Assembly: GCA_054600435.1 (NCBI GenBank)
Contig: BAAIJX010000010.1
Coordinates: 558,001 to 613,605 of the forward strand
DNA: 55,605 bases
Origin: Neophaeotheca triangularis
Taxonomy: Eukaryota
Direction of reading: 5' to 3'
Shown here piece after piece: positions 21,488 through 34,581 of the stretch; position 1 is the first letter of the stretch, and each line of letters opens with the position of its first letter. The notes beneath the pieces are model-generated. The model had not been told where the DNA came from. It saw nothing but the letters and a program-made list of their open reading frames with translations, and made no database searches. A program made the translations under genes and the position numbers.

Positions 21488-21956
21488 CTTGGGGGTGCGG
21501 TTGCGTGGTTTGCGACTGTGAGGGTTTCGATCGGGGTTGGGCGGTTCATGGCGCGGTTGCGGTGGTGGCGGGGGACATTGTCGCTCGGCTGCTTGGGTGT
21601 GTTGTAGTGTGGGTGCTTCTTGTGTAGGCGATGCTAGAGCGCGGGGAAGATTATCAAGGTTGGCTGTCGTTGTTGCTGCCTTTTCGAGATGTGAAGTCGA
21701 GAATGAAATACAGAAGAGAGCTCTCTCGGAACAAGCCGAGAACGATTGACTTCCTTTGACTCGACTGGTGGCGGGGAAGCACAACACTCTCAAGTTTCTT
21801 TCAGACGGCAACAACAAGAAGCACTGCAACCAGCACAGCTCACCACAATATTTAAGGAATCGATCAATGGTTCATGATATACATAACACACCACGCAAAA
21901 CCACACCCACAACCCCATCACTACCCCGCCGTTTCCCCAAAAACACCCCCCTCCAC

Positions 21957-24336
21957 TCACACCTCCACCTCCCCAAACCTCCTAGCATACATGCCCAACG
22001 CCTTGATGGGGAAGATGAATTTATAGTTCGGATAAGAGATCATGCAACTCTTGTTGAAAACCCCCTCGATTCCTTCCTGCAACCACTCGCCATTGGCTTG
22101 CTGCCTCTGCATCAAAAGCCTGACAGCGCGCTCAAGGGGTTCTTTGTGAGGGAACTTGGCATCGAGGAGGGCGATGATGACCTAGAAGAGAAGAAAGAAG
22201 TCAGCAAGCAAGCAAGCAAGCAATGAACGAGGGGGAATTAATGGAACTCACCCAAGCAGTCTGCACAACCTGACTCCCCTCGGGATGCCCATGCCAAACC
22301 CCAGTCTCACAACTCCTGTAACTCTCCCCCCACCCGCCATCCTCGCCCTGCTTGGCCAGGAAAAACTCACAAGCCTTCCTAACCGCCTCATCATTCCCAT
22401 ACTCCCTGCCCCTACTCTTCAAACTCTCCAGCGCAAACATGCTCGCATAGGTGAAGCAGATGCCCCACGCGCCATACCAGCTACCGTCCCCGCGTTGCGC
22501 GGCGCGGATGTAATCGACAGCTTTGTCGATGAAGTTGGTGATTTCCGAGGAGCGGTAGCTCGGGTGGTGACGGCGGTAGAGGTTCAGCGTCGTCACGCAC
22601 GCCGTCGTGCACTCGGGGTAATCGTACTCGATCATGATGTTGCCGAAGACTTCCGCTGCATTGAGGTATTCGAGCAGCGGGCTGCCACGGGTAGGTTCGT
22701 AAGAACTGCATGCGCCGTTGGGGTTTTGCATTGTGAGGATGATGTCGACGGCCCAGCGGATGCGTTGGTCGGAGACGAGGGTTGGGAAGAGTTTGCGGGA
22801 AGGGTTGGAGGGGTCGGGCAGGGTTTGGAGGAGCAGCACGGATTTGAGAGCCTCGGAGGTGCAGTCGCTAACGGTGTAGCCTTGTTGTTTGGTGCTGAAG
22901 GGCCAGGCACCGCGGCGGGGGTGGCGGTAGCCGGCGTGGGCAGAGGTTTTGGCGGTTGGGGGATCGGAGTAGGCTGGGGAGGTTTCGTAGCCGACGGGGT
23001 GGTCGAGGATTTGCTGGGATTCGAGGAACTGGAGTGCTTTGAGGAGGGTGGAGTGGTATTCGGGTTTGGTGGCTAGGCCGGCGTCGACAATGGCTTGGAT
23101 GGCGAAGGCTGTGTCCCAGGTTTGCACGCCGTTGGTGCCGTTCATGTTCATGCCTTCGTCGCCCATCCATAGAAAGTCTTGCAGGGTCTCGCGATGCTTC
23201 ATAACGCTAGGCGAACCCGCGCCGGTGGCGATGTAGCAGCAAAGCGTATTCATCGGCGCGTTGACAGGTGCCAGATCCGCATAATCCGAGTTCTCATCCT
23301 CGTTCTGTATCAAATGCCAAACAAAACTCTCGGCCTTGCAAACCAACCCCGTCCCCCTAAAGAACGGAATCCAAACCCAAACCAACAAAAAGTTGATCAA
23401 ATTCAGCACCCAAGTCTTGGGATGATAATTATCCCTGTCGGAAATATCATTCCGATGATCCGCCCACCTAATACCCTGATACGGCTGCACGAAAACCTCC
23501 TCCCTCAGCTCCCTCACAACCGAATCCGTCTCCGCCTTGGGGTAAACCCACTCCTGGCTCCAAATAAACCCCATCGGCAGATAAACCATGCGCATGTGAA
23601 TCCACCACCTCCACGGATGAAACGGCACCCAATCCGGCAAAAGCCACAGCTCAGGGGGTACGGGATTCACGATCTTCCAATCCACAACCCCCAACACGGC
23701 AAACCAAAACTTCATCCAATGCGGCCCATTCGTCGCGCCGCCAAGATGGTGCAAGCAGCGCCTCCCCACCACCATGCGCGGATGATCAGCAGCGACGCCC
23801 AACAACCTCAACGAGACGTAATTCATCGCGGTCCCAAACACGGAGCTCTCGCCCTCGATGTGCAGGCCCCAGCCCCCGTCGCCGCCGTTTTTACCCCCGA
23901 CGTTCTGCTTGTTGAAAAGATAGCGCATCATCTCCGTGCGCTCCGGGAGCGAAAGCGGCATCCCCGTCACGTGCAGGGTGATGAGTAGACCGGGGAGGAG
24001 GAACATGGGACCCCCGTAGCAGCAGGCCCAGTTGCCTTCGGAGAGTTGCAGGTTGGAGAAGAAGGCGAGACCGGTTTTGGAGGCTTCGTGGGCATTTTGC
24101 GGGCTTGGGTAGGTGGGCAGGTTGGTCGGGAGGCCTAGGTGGAATTTGTCTGCGGTTGTTTGGGGCCAGGATGCTACCTCGGATTGCGTGGTCAGGTAGT
24201 GCCAGGTTTGTCGGCCGTTGTCGATGCGGAGGCGCCAGCGGGTGAGGTCTGTCTTGGCCGGCTCAGGGGTCTTTTCGGTGGTTGTTGAGTTGGTTTTGTT
24301 GGTGGCGAGGCCATTGGCCTGTTTTCGTGAAGTCAT
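21957..24336 (-). CDS. ERG7: Lanosterol synthase (oxidosqualene cyclase); exons 24336-22252 and 22181-21957
   Basis: QW repeats, GTNGVQTWD, QQGYTVSDCTSE. Intron 22182-22251 (GTGAGT...CTGAC...TAG) gives the C-terminus EGVFNKSCMISYPNYKFIFPIKALGMY. Confidence 0.95.
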
Positions 24337-24870
24337 ACTATTGTCGAGTCCAAGCAAGATGCGCTTGTTGCGCGTGCTTGTACAACCGTTCTCCCGAGGT
24401 CGTCCGGTGATGGGATCAAAGGTCAATGACTCGGCTCTAGGTACGTATGTTGTACCTAGTCGTTCGCTGGTACGTGAAATAGTCACGTTCCATGTGTATC
24501 GCTCCGTTTCTTTAGTCTGTCAGATGCTGAAATGCTAGAGTGGTTCGATGCAAGAACCCACTTTAAGCTGTCATGGCTTTGATTGGCTACTTGCCGCTCC
24601 GCACGCGTCCCCGCCAGCCAGCGGACGTTTGACCCGTTAAGTACATATAACAACACAGTCGAATCGAGTACGTACATTTATATAGAGTAGAAAGGCTTCA
24701 CCTTGCAAGCCTGTCATTCAAAACATGTGTACTTTCTACAAACGTATCGAGGATATCTGAACCCGCCCTTGGGCCTCTCACAAAACTCAGACAAGAAACG
24801 CCATGAGGCACTGCCCTCTCCAGAAGCAACTCCGGCCTCCCGAAAAAAAAAAAAAAAACACCCTCGCTCT

Positions 24871-27243
24871 CTAAACCCCACATCGATGAACCAGCCCCCC
24901 ACCACGTCTCAACTGCACGCTCTCCCTTCTAACCAGCACTTGCAACGCCCTAGTAAGCGAACTCTCCTGATACCCCTTTCTCTCCACAAACTCCCTCCTC
25001 AGCGTTGCAAGACTAGCCGTATAGCCGATCGGCAATCTCCGCCTCAACTCCTCCTCAACCTTGCCCGTCTCCTCGACGCCCTCACGGGAAACATGGCCCT
25101 GTAAGCTGGAAGTGCTCGCGCCGTCGGAAGACGACATGACGGCGTCCATGGTGCTGCCGAGGAAGAGGCGGATGGCTTCGTCGACGTGTTTCTCCGTCGC
25201 GATGGGCTGGAGTTCGATTTTCGCAAGGGACTCCGTTATGCGAACTAGAGATTCGAGTTGGCGGACCGTAATTGGGATGGAGGAGCGGGAGTTGGCTTCG
25301 GATTCCGCGCGCGCGACTTGCCGCCGGATGCTGACAAAGTGGGACGAAAGCTTTTCCGCCGCTTCGGGGGATAAGCGCGGCGCGGCGCGGGATTTGCAGT
25401 AGGAGATGTAGCGTTTCATCTTGTCCAAGGGGATGGCAGGGTCGGCTGAGTCGGTGGTGGAGGGGTTAGATTGTTGCGGGTTCTGGCCCATGTGGATGCC
25501 CATGACGTGTTTGGCGATCGTTTCGTCGCGGTTGCGGTCGTGTTCGTCGCGGACGATGAAGATGAGGTCAAAGCGGGAGAGGATGGTAGTTTGGAAATCG
25601 ATGTTCTCGCCGGCGGATTTGAGGTCGTCGTAGCGGCCGAACACGGGGTTGGCGGCGGCGAGGACGGAGGTGCGGGCGTTTAGGATGGTGGTGATGCCGG
25701 CTTTGGCGATGGAGATGGTTTGCTGTTCCATGGCTTCGTGGATGGCGACGCGGTCCTCGTCGCGCATTTTGTCGAACTCATCGATGCAGACCACGCCGTT
25801 GTCGGCTAGCACCATGGCGCCGCCTTCGAGGTAGAATTCGCGGGTCGAAGTATCGCGTTGGACCGAGGCTGTGAGACCTGCGGCGGAAGAGCCTTTGCCG
25901 GATGTGTAGATTGCAATGGGGGAGCATTGGGAGACGAACTTGAGGAGTTGAGATTTGGCTGTTCCTGGGTCTCCTAGGAGAAGAACGTTGATGTCGCCTC
26001 GGAGTCGCATTCCGTCGGGGAGGATCTTTTTGGAACCACCCATAAGGAGGCACGTTATGGCTTTCTTGATGTCGGCGTTGCCGTAGATCGAGGGCGCGAT
26101 GCAGGAGGCGAAGAGGGAGTAAAGGTCCGGCCGTCGGGAGAGTTCGATGAATTCTTCCTCCTCCTCTTCGGTGAAATTCATGCTGCCGCCGCCGACTTGA
26201 TTGTGCGAGAGGTCGGTTTGAATGCCCACGGCGCGTAGGTAGGGGTTGCGAATGGCGACTGCGCCTGTGCCTTTGCCATTCTTTTGTGATTGGTAGATGC
26301 TGAAGACGCCCATGACTGTACATCTGCTACCGGGGACTACGCGATTGGCGAGGTAGCGATCAGCGCTGACGAGGATGTGTCGCGGCAGTTCTCCCACAGG
26401 TACGTCGTCGGGCGCCTCTTGTAGTTTCAGAACTTGTTGGTCGATGAATTGAGATTTCTCATGGACGACAAAGTAGGGGTCCAAGGGACATTGCTCGGTG
26501 TCGCCCGGACCTTTGCTCCTCCCACATGTTCTCGGTAAACTCAAGCCTGTGAAGCCAGATGTGACGGGTATAGTCTCGGTGTGGTGGCAGTTGCGGCATT
26601 CTATGTGGAGAGCGGTGGCTTTTGAGCTGAGAGTGCTGGCGCCAATGACGATGCCGGGGATTCGTACGAGGTGGGAAACATTTGTCGCTGTGAGACCGCG
26701 AATGGAAGACTGAGATTGCGACGAGTGGATGAGGAGTTGGTGTTCAGGGAGGGCGGCGGCAGCATCGAGGTCTTCTTGTGTGCGCGAGGGATAGAGGATG
26801 GTTTGGGTACATGTTCGGAGGGCAGCTTCGAACTGTGCAACACAACTTAGTAAGATGAGTCGGAGGTGGTGATGTGATGATAACTCTTACTATGGGTATA
26901 AAGTCTGCGGGCTCGTTTGTCATGCGATGGGCCAGGTCTTCGTCGTATGCGATCAGGTGTGCAATGTCAATGTCGCAGTAGTATTGCCTCGACAAGACAT
27001 TTTCCCGTATTTGCTCGCTAAGGTGCAAGTCAGTCAGTTGACTGCCATATCCTTTCTTCAACCATCCATCCAACCATTCATCCACCCATTCATCCATACC
27101 ACCACCACCTACCGGTATATGAAGGAGTTATCCAGACGGAACTCGAGGATGAAGTCGACCAGCTCTTTCTGCGTCTTTTGCACGTTTGTAGTGCCCGGCT
27201 GGCGATCAAACACGGAGACGGAGTAAGTTGATTGGCGATCCAT
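24871..27243 (-). CDS. MCM5: DNA replication licensing factor MCM5; exons 27243-27113, 27017-26891 and 26832-24871
   Basis: Walker [21 protein letters not shown], zinc finger, MCM5-type [16 protein letters not shown]. Introns 27018-27112 and 26833-26890 splice in frame to about 739 aa. Confidence 0.95.
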
Positions 27244-27407
27244 GGTGCTGTCGTGGGTACGGTACGGTGAGGTAAGGTAGGTCGTTAATATCGTCGATCA
27301 ATGTCGTCGTCGTCAGTCTCGTTACTCAAGGTAAGGTATTGTGTGTTTTGATGTTGATGTAGTAGCAAAAACACAGCGAGGGGCAGGTGGAGGCCGGGGA
27401 CGAGATA

Positions 27408-27463
27408 ACGCGCGCTTTCCCTTTTCGCTCTTTCAGGTAACTTTCTTCGCGACGCGCTCGCGT
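27408..27463. promoter_or_regulatory. Cluster of MCB-like CGCG elements upstream of MCM5
   Basis: ACGCG at 27408 and 27452 and CGCGT at 27459, 165-220 bp upstream of the ATG. Confidence 0.55.
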
Positions 27464-27665
27464 AAAGTGGTTTTAGGGCTTCGGAGCTAGACTTGCCGAT
27501 GTCCGACGTTGCTTGCCAAGCGCTACATACAGTACCTAGGTAAGGTACCTATTCATCTCTAGCCCTCTCAGAATCAACGGATTCTATACCTACTCTATAC
27601 CACAACATCCCTTACGCTACCCCTAGACAACCGCCCGCCCGCCCACCCGCCCCCCCCCTCGTAAT

Positions 27666-30600
27666 TCAAAGATTATTATCCCTCTTGAACTTATCCCAAG
27701 CCTCATTCAACGTGCTAAACACATGCGCACTAACCATCTTCTGCTCCGTCGTAGCATCTTGCGGCACCTACACAGATCCAAAAGTCAGTACACCGCTTGC
27801 TTGTTTGCCGCTTGCTTCAAATACCCCCTTTCCCACACCATCCCCACTCTACAACAGATCGCAGGGCTAAAAGAAAATGTAGACTCACTTTATCCGGATG
27901 CACCCGCCCAATCGCCTTCATATACACAATCTTAACCCTAGCCGGCATTACCAAATCACTCATGCCAACTTTCTTCCAACCCGCGCCCTCCCACAGTACA
28001 GTGTCCAAGCTCTGCAGCAGTGCTCGCAAATTATCGGCTTTGCCACCCTTCCACGCCGCGAGCTTGGCTTCCACGGATTCTGTAAGAGCGAATTTCTCAT
28101 CGTCCGCGGCGTCGGCGGCCGCGTTGGCGGCACGGAGGCGCTGTACTGCTTGCCCTGAGGAAGCGGAGGGGAGGGTAGGGCGTTGGAGGGAGTTGCCGAG
28201 GGGTTTAGTCGGGGCGGCGGAAGTGGGGGTGCGAGCTGGAGCAGTGGCTTTGGGTTTGACAGCTGTGGTTGGCGGTTTTTGCTGGGTGGAGGGGTTGGCG
28301 GCTTTGTCGCAACGATCGCGGCCGCGCAGGCTGATGGCCCCGCCCACGCCGTGTTCCACGCATTGCCGCCAAGTTGCCGCCGCTTCCTGGTAGCGTTCCA
28401 CCGTTTCGAGGGCTTCGGCTTTGCGCATGAGGGCTTTGGAATAAAACTCTTTCATTTCTTTTGGCGCTTCGTTTGTGCCCAGGTCGATGGTTTCGTTGTC
28501 GCCGCGGCTGGGGCCGATGAGGGTGAGAGCAGCTTCGGCGTCGGCGAGGGCGGCTTTGGAGTCGCCGTTTTTGAGCGCGGTGAGGGCGCGGTTGCTGTGG
28601 ATGATGATGGCGACTGGGTGGTTCGAGGGGAGGGGGGAGAGTGCTGCGCTGTAGGATTCAAGTGCGCTGCCGTAATCTCCCCGTTTGAAGGCTTCGGTTC
28701 CAGCTGCGCGTTGTTTGGCGGAGTTGGCGAGCGCAGTGGGAGATACGGTGGGTATATCACGTGGCGGGGGCTTCGGTGGAGTTGTCACGGGTGTGGACGC
28801 GGGTTTGGAGGGTCGTTGCGATTGTGCGGACGGAGCTGGAGTAAAGGTGGGAGCCGGCGAGCTGAACAGGTCCACTTCAGGCTCTGGCTGGGGTTCTGGT
28901 TTGGGTGTTGGTCGCTTTCTTCTCGCAGGACTGACGTATGCTTGCGCTGTCTGATCGTCCACTTCCTGCTTGCTTAGCTTGGTAGCAGGTCGTTTATCTT
29001 GAGGCGGTGGCTGTTGCTGCATGAAACGCGGCTGAGGCGAGCTACGCGCTGAAGCGGAGAGTTCATCTGCAGGGGAACGGCCTCTACTAGGTAAGTCTTG
29101 CTGTTGCTGCTGCTGTCGAGGCGTAGAGGACCTGGCAGGTTTTGGCGGGGCGGTCTCTCTCGGCATATCAAGCATAGCAGCCTCATCAGTGACATCAGCC
29201 GCCGGTTTCTGCGCTTGACGAGGCATAGGCGCCTTTTCTTGTCTGCGCTGACTTGGTGCCGGGGGAGCAGAATCCGCACTCGCGTCACGCATCCATTTTG
29301 GTTGGTTGGGGTCCATCTCCTGAGCCTGCTGAAACTCTTGAAGTGTCTTGGCCATCTTCTTCTGACTGCTCTTCCACAGCGAATTTGCAGACTTGAAGAA
29401 ATTGCTCCCCATCTCCTGCGCCATTTGCGCTGCATCCTTCTCCCCATTGGCGGGAGATCTGCTGTCCTGTCTTCTTGTTCCAGACCCAGCTCTCCCCTCC
29501 GGACGCAGCCACGCAGGTTGTCCTTCCGCCTGGCCCTGTCTTCTTCCTTGCGAGCCCGTTCGTCTGGGCGAAGATCTCCCATTCTGCCCATCTCCCTGCT
29601 GCTGCTTCTGCTTAGCCTCGGCGTGTGCCTGCTCCAGCAACCACCCAACCGCAGCCTGCGTATTACCACCCGTCTCCGCAATTGCAAGCGCAGCCATATC
29701 CGGTTCAAATCCCATATCCACCAACTCGGCAACGCCTCGATCCTTGGGAGGACTCGGCTGACGAGCTGCCGGAGGATCCGCACCCCAAGCCTCGGGGTCC
29801 GTCAAGTCCAGTCTCTGCTTAGCAGGCTCCGGCTCTCTCTGCACCGGCTTAGTGGAGACCGGCCGTCCCAGATCCCCTAGAATGTCATCGTCGTCATCGC
29901 CAACCGCTTGCGCCTGCGGAGCCGGAGTCCCATTACTTCTAACAGGCCCAGCACCCAGCCCGAAAGGATCATCCTCCTCCTCCTGCTCGAACACCGCACC
30001 TCCGGGTCCGCTCCCCACCTCCATACCCATGCTCATCCCCCTCCCGAACCCCGGCGTTCCACCCCTACTCCCAGCAACCGACGCAGCCTCGGGCGGAAAA
30101 TGGCTCGCCTTATCCACCGGCGCAGCCTTATCAAAAGCAGCCAGGATATCCTCCTCCTCCTCTTCCTTCGAGCCACTAGCCAGACCTCCCCCTATCCCAA
30201 AACCCGCACTACCTCCTCCAGGACCAGCAGCACCCACCCCCGGCGTCCCAACCCGACTCCCACTCCCACTAACATTGCCACTCCCCAACCCTTCCCACAA
30301 ACTCTCCTGCTGCACCCGCTGTCGTTGCCGCTCCTCTTCCGCTTGCCGCTGACGTTCCGCGATCGAGAGATTGGCGTTCGTGGCACGCTTTTGGGAATTC
30401 AAATTCAGCAGCGAGCCGAAAGAGTCGGCGTTCGTGGTAGCTTTCGGCGCCGAGGGTTTGGAAGTAGTTGGAGCGGTGCTAGAGGGCCGGGATTGGGGGT
30501 TGTTCGGTAAGTGCAGGTTGGAGGTGCTTTGGGGTTGGGATTGCAGGTAAGGACGGGTTTGTTGCGGGATCGGCGTCGAGCGGGCGGAAGTGTAGGTGGT

Positions 30601-30684
30601 GTTGGTTGGGTTGTAGTTTGCTTGGGAGGGAGTGGTGGTGGTGGGTTTGGAGGGGTCGAAGGTTAGGCCGGAGAGGTCGTCCAT
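27666..30684 (-). CDS. SWA2: Auxilin-like clathrin-uncoating co-chaperone (UBA-TPR-J domain); exons 30684-27889 and 27767-27666
   Basis: UBA (LVDMGF), TPR (GTEAFKRGDY...SNRAL), J-domain HPDK. Intron 27768-27888 gives VPQDATTEQKMVSAHVFSTLNEAWDKFK. Confidence 0.9.
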
Positions 30685-30981
30685 TGTGTCGTTAAGAGAA
30701 GTGGCTACGGGTTATCGCCGATCGCGGGCCATGTAAGTTAACTATGAAAGTGACAGACAGTGTGGTGAAGGGAGTGTTAAGAGTTGTTTGCTGGTACCAA
30801 AGACAACTTGTCGTCTCAATGACATGCACCATCTCTCGGGCAAACTTCGGCCGAGCCCATTCGGTGGCGGGAGATGGATATGCCAAGCACAGCAACGATG
30901 AGATCGAAAAGGAGAACCATACACCTAACATACAACGCTCATTACATACATCATAACTCCCCCAAAAACAAGAATTAGAAA

Positions 30982-32551
30982 TCAGATAACAAGATGCTTA
31001 CTCTGATACCGCCACCAATTCTCCCTCGTATCCGCATCCCTCCACTTGCCAATCCCACCCTCGACCCCCTTTTCATTCACCGTCCAATGGCCTCTCTCAA
31101 CATGGTCTAGCCAATTCTCCAAGATATCCACAAGCTTCGGTCCGTGGCGGATGACATAGGGGTTGATGCCCACCTGATAGAGATCGCTATGGCTCTTGCG
31201 AATAGGTCGGAAATCCGAAGTGCGGGCGTACCGATTCTCGCCCAGTTTGATCGGCAAGACTAAGCGGCACGAGTCTTCAAAAGGGTTTTGGGCATTGGGG
31301 AAAGCGTCCAGGTAGAGACCGCAGGGCACTTTTTCGACTGTCGAGAATGGCCAGCGGAATTGGGCGTCCTTGGCTGAGACGGTGCCCGGGCAGCGGAGGA
31401 AGAGGAAGGGCATTTTGACGTCGGCGGTTTCGCGGGGGTATTGCTTGAGAATTGGTTGGAAGGGTTGGTGGATGAATTCTTCGACTTTGGGGAGGCGGAT
31501 GCCCGGCGCGATGAACCAGATGTGAGAGTATTGGGCGCGGGAGAGGAGGTCGAAGGCGAAGCCCGGCGGGACATTGGCGACCTTGAGGGCGGTCGAGGAG
31601 CAGAGGGGTTCGGGTTCTTCGTCGGCGGGGCGGCTAGTGCCGGCGGCTTTTTCGATGGCATTGACGAGGCGTTTCCAGACGTCGAGGCAGGTTTCGAGGT
31701 CGCCGCGGGTGTAGGGTTGGAGGATCCATGGGCGGGTTTTGTATTGGAGCCGGCTTTCACCGAGAGAGACTTCCGTTGCCGGGGGTTCGGCTTCCGAGTC
31801 AGCACCTACGGTGTCGTGAATTGCAATGGCTTTCTCCGCTTCTACCATGTCGATGTAGGAGCTGAGTATTGTCTCTAGCCGCTGCCAGGGAAGGTGAGGG
31901 TTTTTGAGGTCGAAAATGTGATGGTATGTCGGCATGAGGATGGCTAGATTCCTCTGTTGATCGTATCTGAAGGGGGGTTCTGTCTCAGCATTTACGCTAG
32001 GGAGGCTTGTCGTTCCAATGAGACACCTACACTATGCCGGCCGGTTGGCTGACGTGATTCCGCGATGTCTTGTACAAGACGATGAACCGGTGCTTTTCAG
32101 TCTTGTCCTTGTCGCGGTCTTTGTCCTCGAGGACTTCACCCATTTGCAGCATCTCGGCCGGGGTGGCCAAGGAGGAAATGTGGTAAAAGACGTTGTGATG
32201 AGGGACGTCGAAAACCTTTGACAGGTACCTCACAACATGGGGTCGCAGTACATTCTGCAAAGACGGACTGCCGTGGCGACTCCACCAAGACTTCTTCTCC
32301 ATTTGCGGGATCCTCTTGCCGCTGCAGACCCAGCCGTAGAGGAGGAGGGTATTGTGGAGGGCGGCACATCTCGCGACATCAATCTCGTCTCCGGAAGAAG
32401 GGGGCGTCTGACGGGTGACTCTCTGTTTGGCTATTGGGGAGAAGAGAGTAATGCTCGCCATCTTGACATTGAGCCCGGGCCCGGAGCGGGCCTGCAGGCG
32501 TTTGTGGAAGGAATCTTTTCTCTGAAGCGTACTCGTGCTCGTGTTAGACAT
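30982..32551 (-). CDS. Conserved fungal protein of unknown function; exons 32551-32031 and 31966-30982
   Basis: Intron 31967-32030 (GTAGGT...CTGAG...CAG) fuses two ORFs in frame (GIVYDQQRNLAILMPT). Trp-rich motifs RCAALHN, WQRLETIL, GLYL, W.V...GVEGGIGKWRDADT. Confidence 0.8.
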
Positions 32552-33288
32552 GGATCAATTTCAGGGGAGCCAGGCAGGAGAGGGGTAGAGTCGAAGTCGG
32601 GGGGAGAAGAAGAAGAAGAATTAGAAGGAGAAATGTCGTGTGTAAGAGTAAGTTGGCGGTATTTGACGGGTATCCTTATCCTTATCCTTTATTCAATGTT
32701 GAACAAGTTAGGGTAAAACATTACTTGGGTAGGTAGGTACTGTAAGGTAGTATTCATTCTTCTCCCAACTTGAAGTCAGGCGTGCCGCGCTGCAAGCCTC
32801 TTCCAAGCTTTGTCCAGTCCAGTCCAGTCCAGTAGTAGTAAATAGCGTTTAAAATAAAAGTTAAGAAGAGGAGCCGAAGTAGTCGGCTCGGCTTAAGTCA
32901 CCTCTCGGGTACCTCTACCTTACCTCATCCACCTGTATGCGACTACATTTTCATTGATGAATTGATGAATTGATTAACAGATTAATTGATTCATCAATCA
33001 ATATCCGAGTCTCTTTACCCAAACTCCAAGGTAAGGTACTAGGTAGATACTACTAAAGATGAAGGGTGACTGACCTGCCAAGTGTTCAACTTGGTTCAAC
33101 TTCCACGGACTCGGACTCCAACTCCATTCGAGCCTTCTACGTCACAAACGTGGCGGAAAGTCAATTGTCCATCAAATTGGCACCTGGCACTGGGTAAAGA
33201 AAGGCAAGTACATCGGTATCAATCAATCCAGACTCACGTCTACTTTTCAATCAATATCGACATCCAAATTCCAATCACCTCCATCAAA

Positions 33289-34581
33289 ATGCTACAAGAA
33301 GGCGCCGAACTCACCGGCGAATCCGGGACAATCTACCTGGCCGTCTCCCCTCTAGGTCAATCCAACGTCTGGACAGGCGTACAAAAGGACGACCCGACTC
33401 AAATCGTCGTACTCAAGGAACCCGGCACCGAAGACTGCAACCGCCCGGGATGGCCGTCCTTCATGCACGAAATGATTATGCACGAGCTCCTTAGAGACTC
33501 GCCCACCATCCGCCGCAGCATCGACCGCATCCCACCGGCACCGCAAACAACGCCCCCGACTCCACCCATGCTCGTCCTCGAAATCTTCCAAACCACCCTC
33601 TGGACAGCCCGCACAAAGCGACCCCTAACCAAGCCCGAACTCCGCCACATCACCAAAACCACCCTCCTCGCCCTTCGCGATATTCACGCCAAGGATCTCG
33701 TCTACGCCGACCTCAAGATGCAGAACATCATGCTCAACAACTTCTCCCCTTCCACCGCCCCCTCCGATCCCTCCACCCCAAACATCTCCGTCAAACTCGG
33801 CGACCTGGGAATCGTCATGTCCCCCAAACACGGCCAAGTACAACCCATCGCCTACCGCGCGCCCGAAGTCTACTTCAAAGGCCAAATCACCCAAGCCGCC
33901 GACATCTGGTCCTGGGGCCTCATCTACTCGCACCTCCTCGAAGCGCAAACCCGTTTCCAACAAACCGGCATCTACGACGCCCTCGCCGGCGGCACTGCCC
34001 CGACCGTCGCCGAGCGTGAAGACGCAACCAAAACCGCCATCGCCAGCGATTACAACATCAGAACCGTCGACTACTACAACAACGCCATCCTTCCTTCCCC
34101 TGCCGCCACTTCCACCAACCGCACCGGCCACCAATGGGACGTCCTCCACTCCAAGGGCCTGGAAGATGGTGAAATCCGCTTCTTGCGATGGGTCATGAAA
34201 GCCGACCCGAGGGAACGACCGACCGCCGACGAGATTCTCGAATCCGGCTGGCTCGACGACGAAGGGACGGTCAAAACCCGTCACGGCCTCAAGTCTTTCG
34301 CGCCCTTGGGCAGGGATGGGGGCGTGAGGACTGCTTCCTCGGCTAGTGGTGGCAGTAGGCCTGTGAGTCGGAGCTCGTTTTTTAGAAGTGAGTCGGATCC
34401 CGTGCTTGATGCGCTTAGTCGGCAGGTTTCGGCCCCGCGGGAGAGGGAGGGAGACGGGGATGCAGGTGGCGAAGCCGGGGATGGTGGAGATGGGGACGCG
34501 GTCACTACCCCCACGGCTGAGAAGACGCAAGGAGAGACTGTACGACCGGCCGCGCAGAGGACGTTCTTGTCGTATCGATGA
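33289..34581 (+). CDS. Ser/Thr protein kinase, atypical (SRPK-like features)
   Basis: VVLKE, catalytic loop VYADLKMQNIM, GDLG, PIAYRAPE, DIWSWG, DPRERPTA. ATG at 33289. Confidence 0.85.
   Translation: MLQEGAELTGESGTIYLAVSPLGQSNVWTGVQKDDPTQIVVLKEPGTEDCNRPGWPSFMHEMIMHELLRDSPTIRRSIDRIPPAPQTTPPTPPMLVLEIFQTTLWTARTKRPLTKPELRHITKTTLLALRDIHAKDLVYADLKMQNIMLNNFSPSTAPSDPSTPNISVKLGDLGIVMSPKHGQVQPIAYRAPEVYFKGQITQAADIWSWGLIYSHLLEAQTRFQQTGIYDALAGGTAPTVAEREDATKTAIASDYNIRTVDYYNNAILPSPAATSTNRTGHQWDVLHSKGLEDGEIRFLRWVMKADPRERPTADEILESGWLDDEGTVKTRHGLKSFAPLGRDGGVRTASSASGGSRPVSRSSFFRSESDPVLDALSRQVSAPREREGDGDAGGEAGDGGDGDAVTTPTAEKTQGETVRPAAQRTFLSYR

Noticed and set aside
21488..21829. Upstream TTG/GTG extensions in the ORF track (also at 775, 24486, 33082, 41726, 41956 and 47047)
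   Set aside because: This is a eukaryotic locus. The first in-frame ATG and the conserved N-termini lie downstream, so these are 5' UTR or promoter sequence.
21957..24336. Oxidosqualene cyclase as the core of a triterpene biosynthetic cluster
   Set aside because: The residues match lanosterol synthase (GTNG Thr, QGYTVSDC), and the neighbours are housekeeping genes with no P450s or tailoring enzymes.
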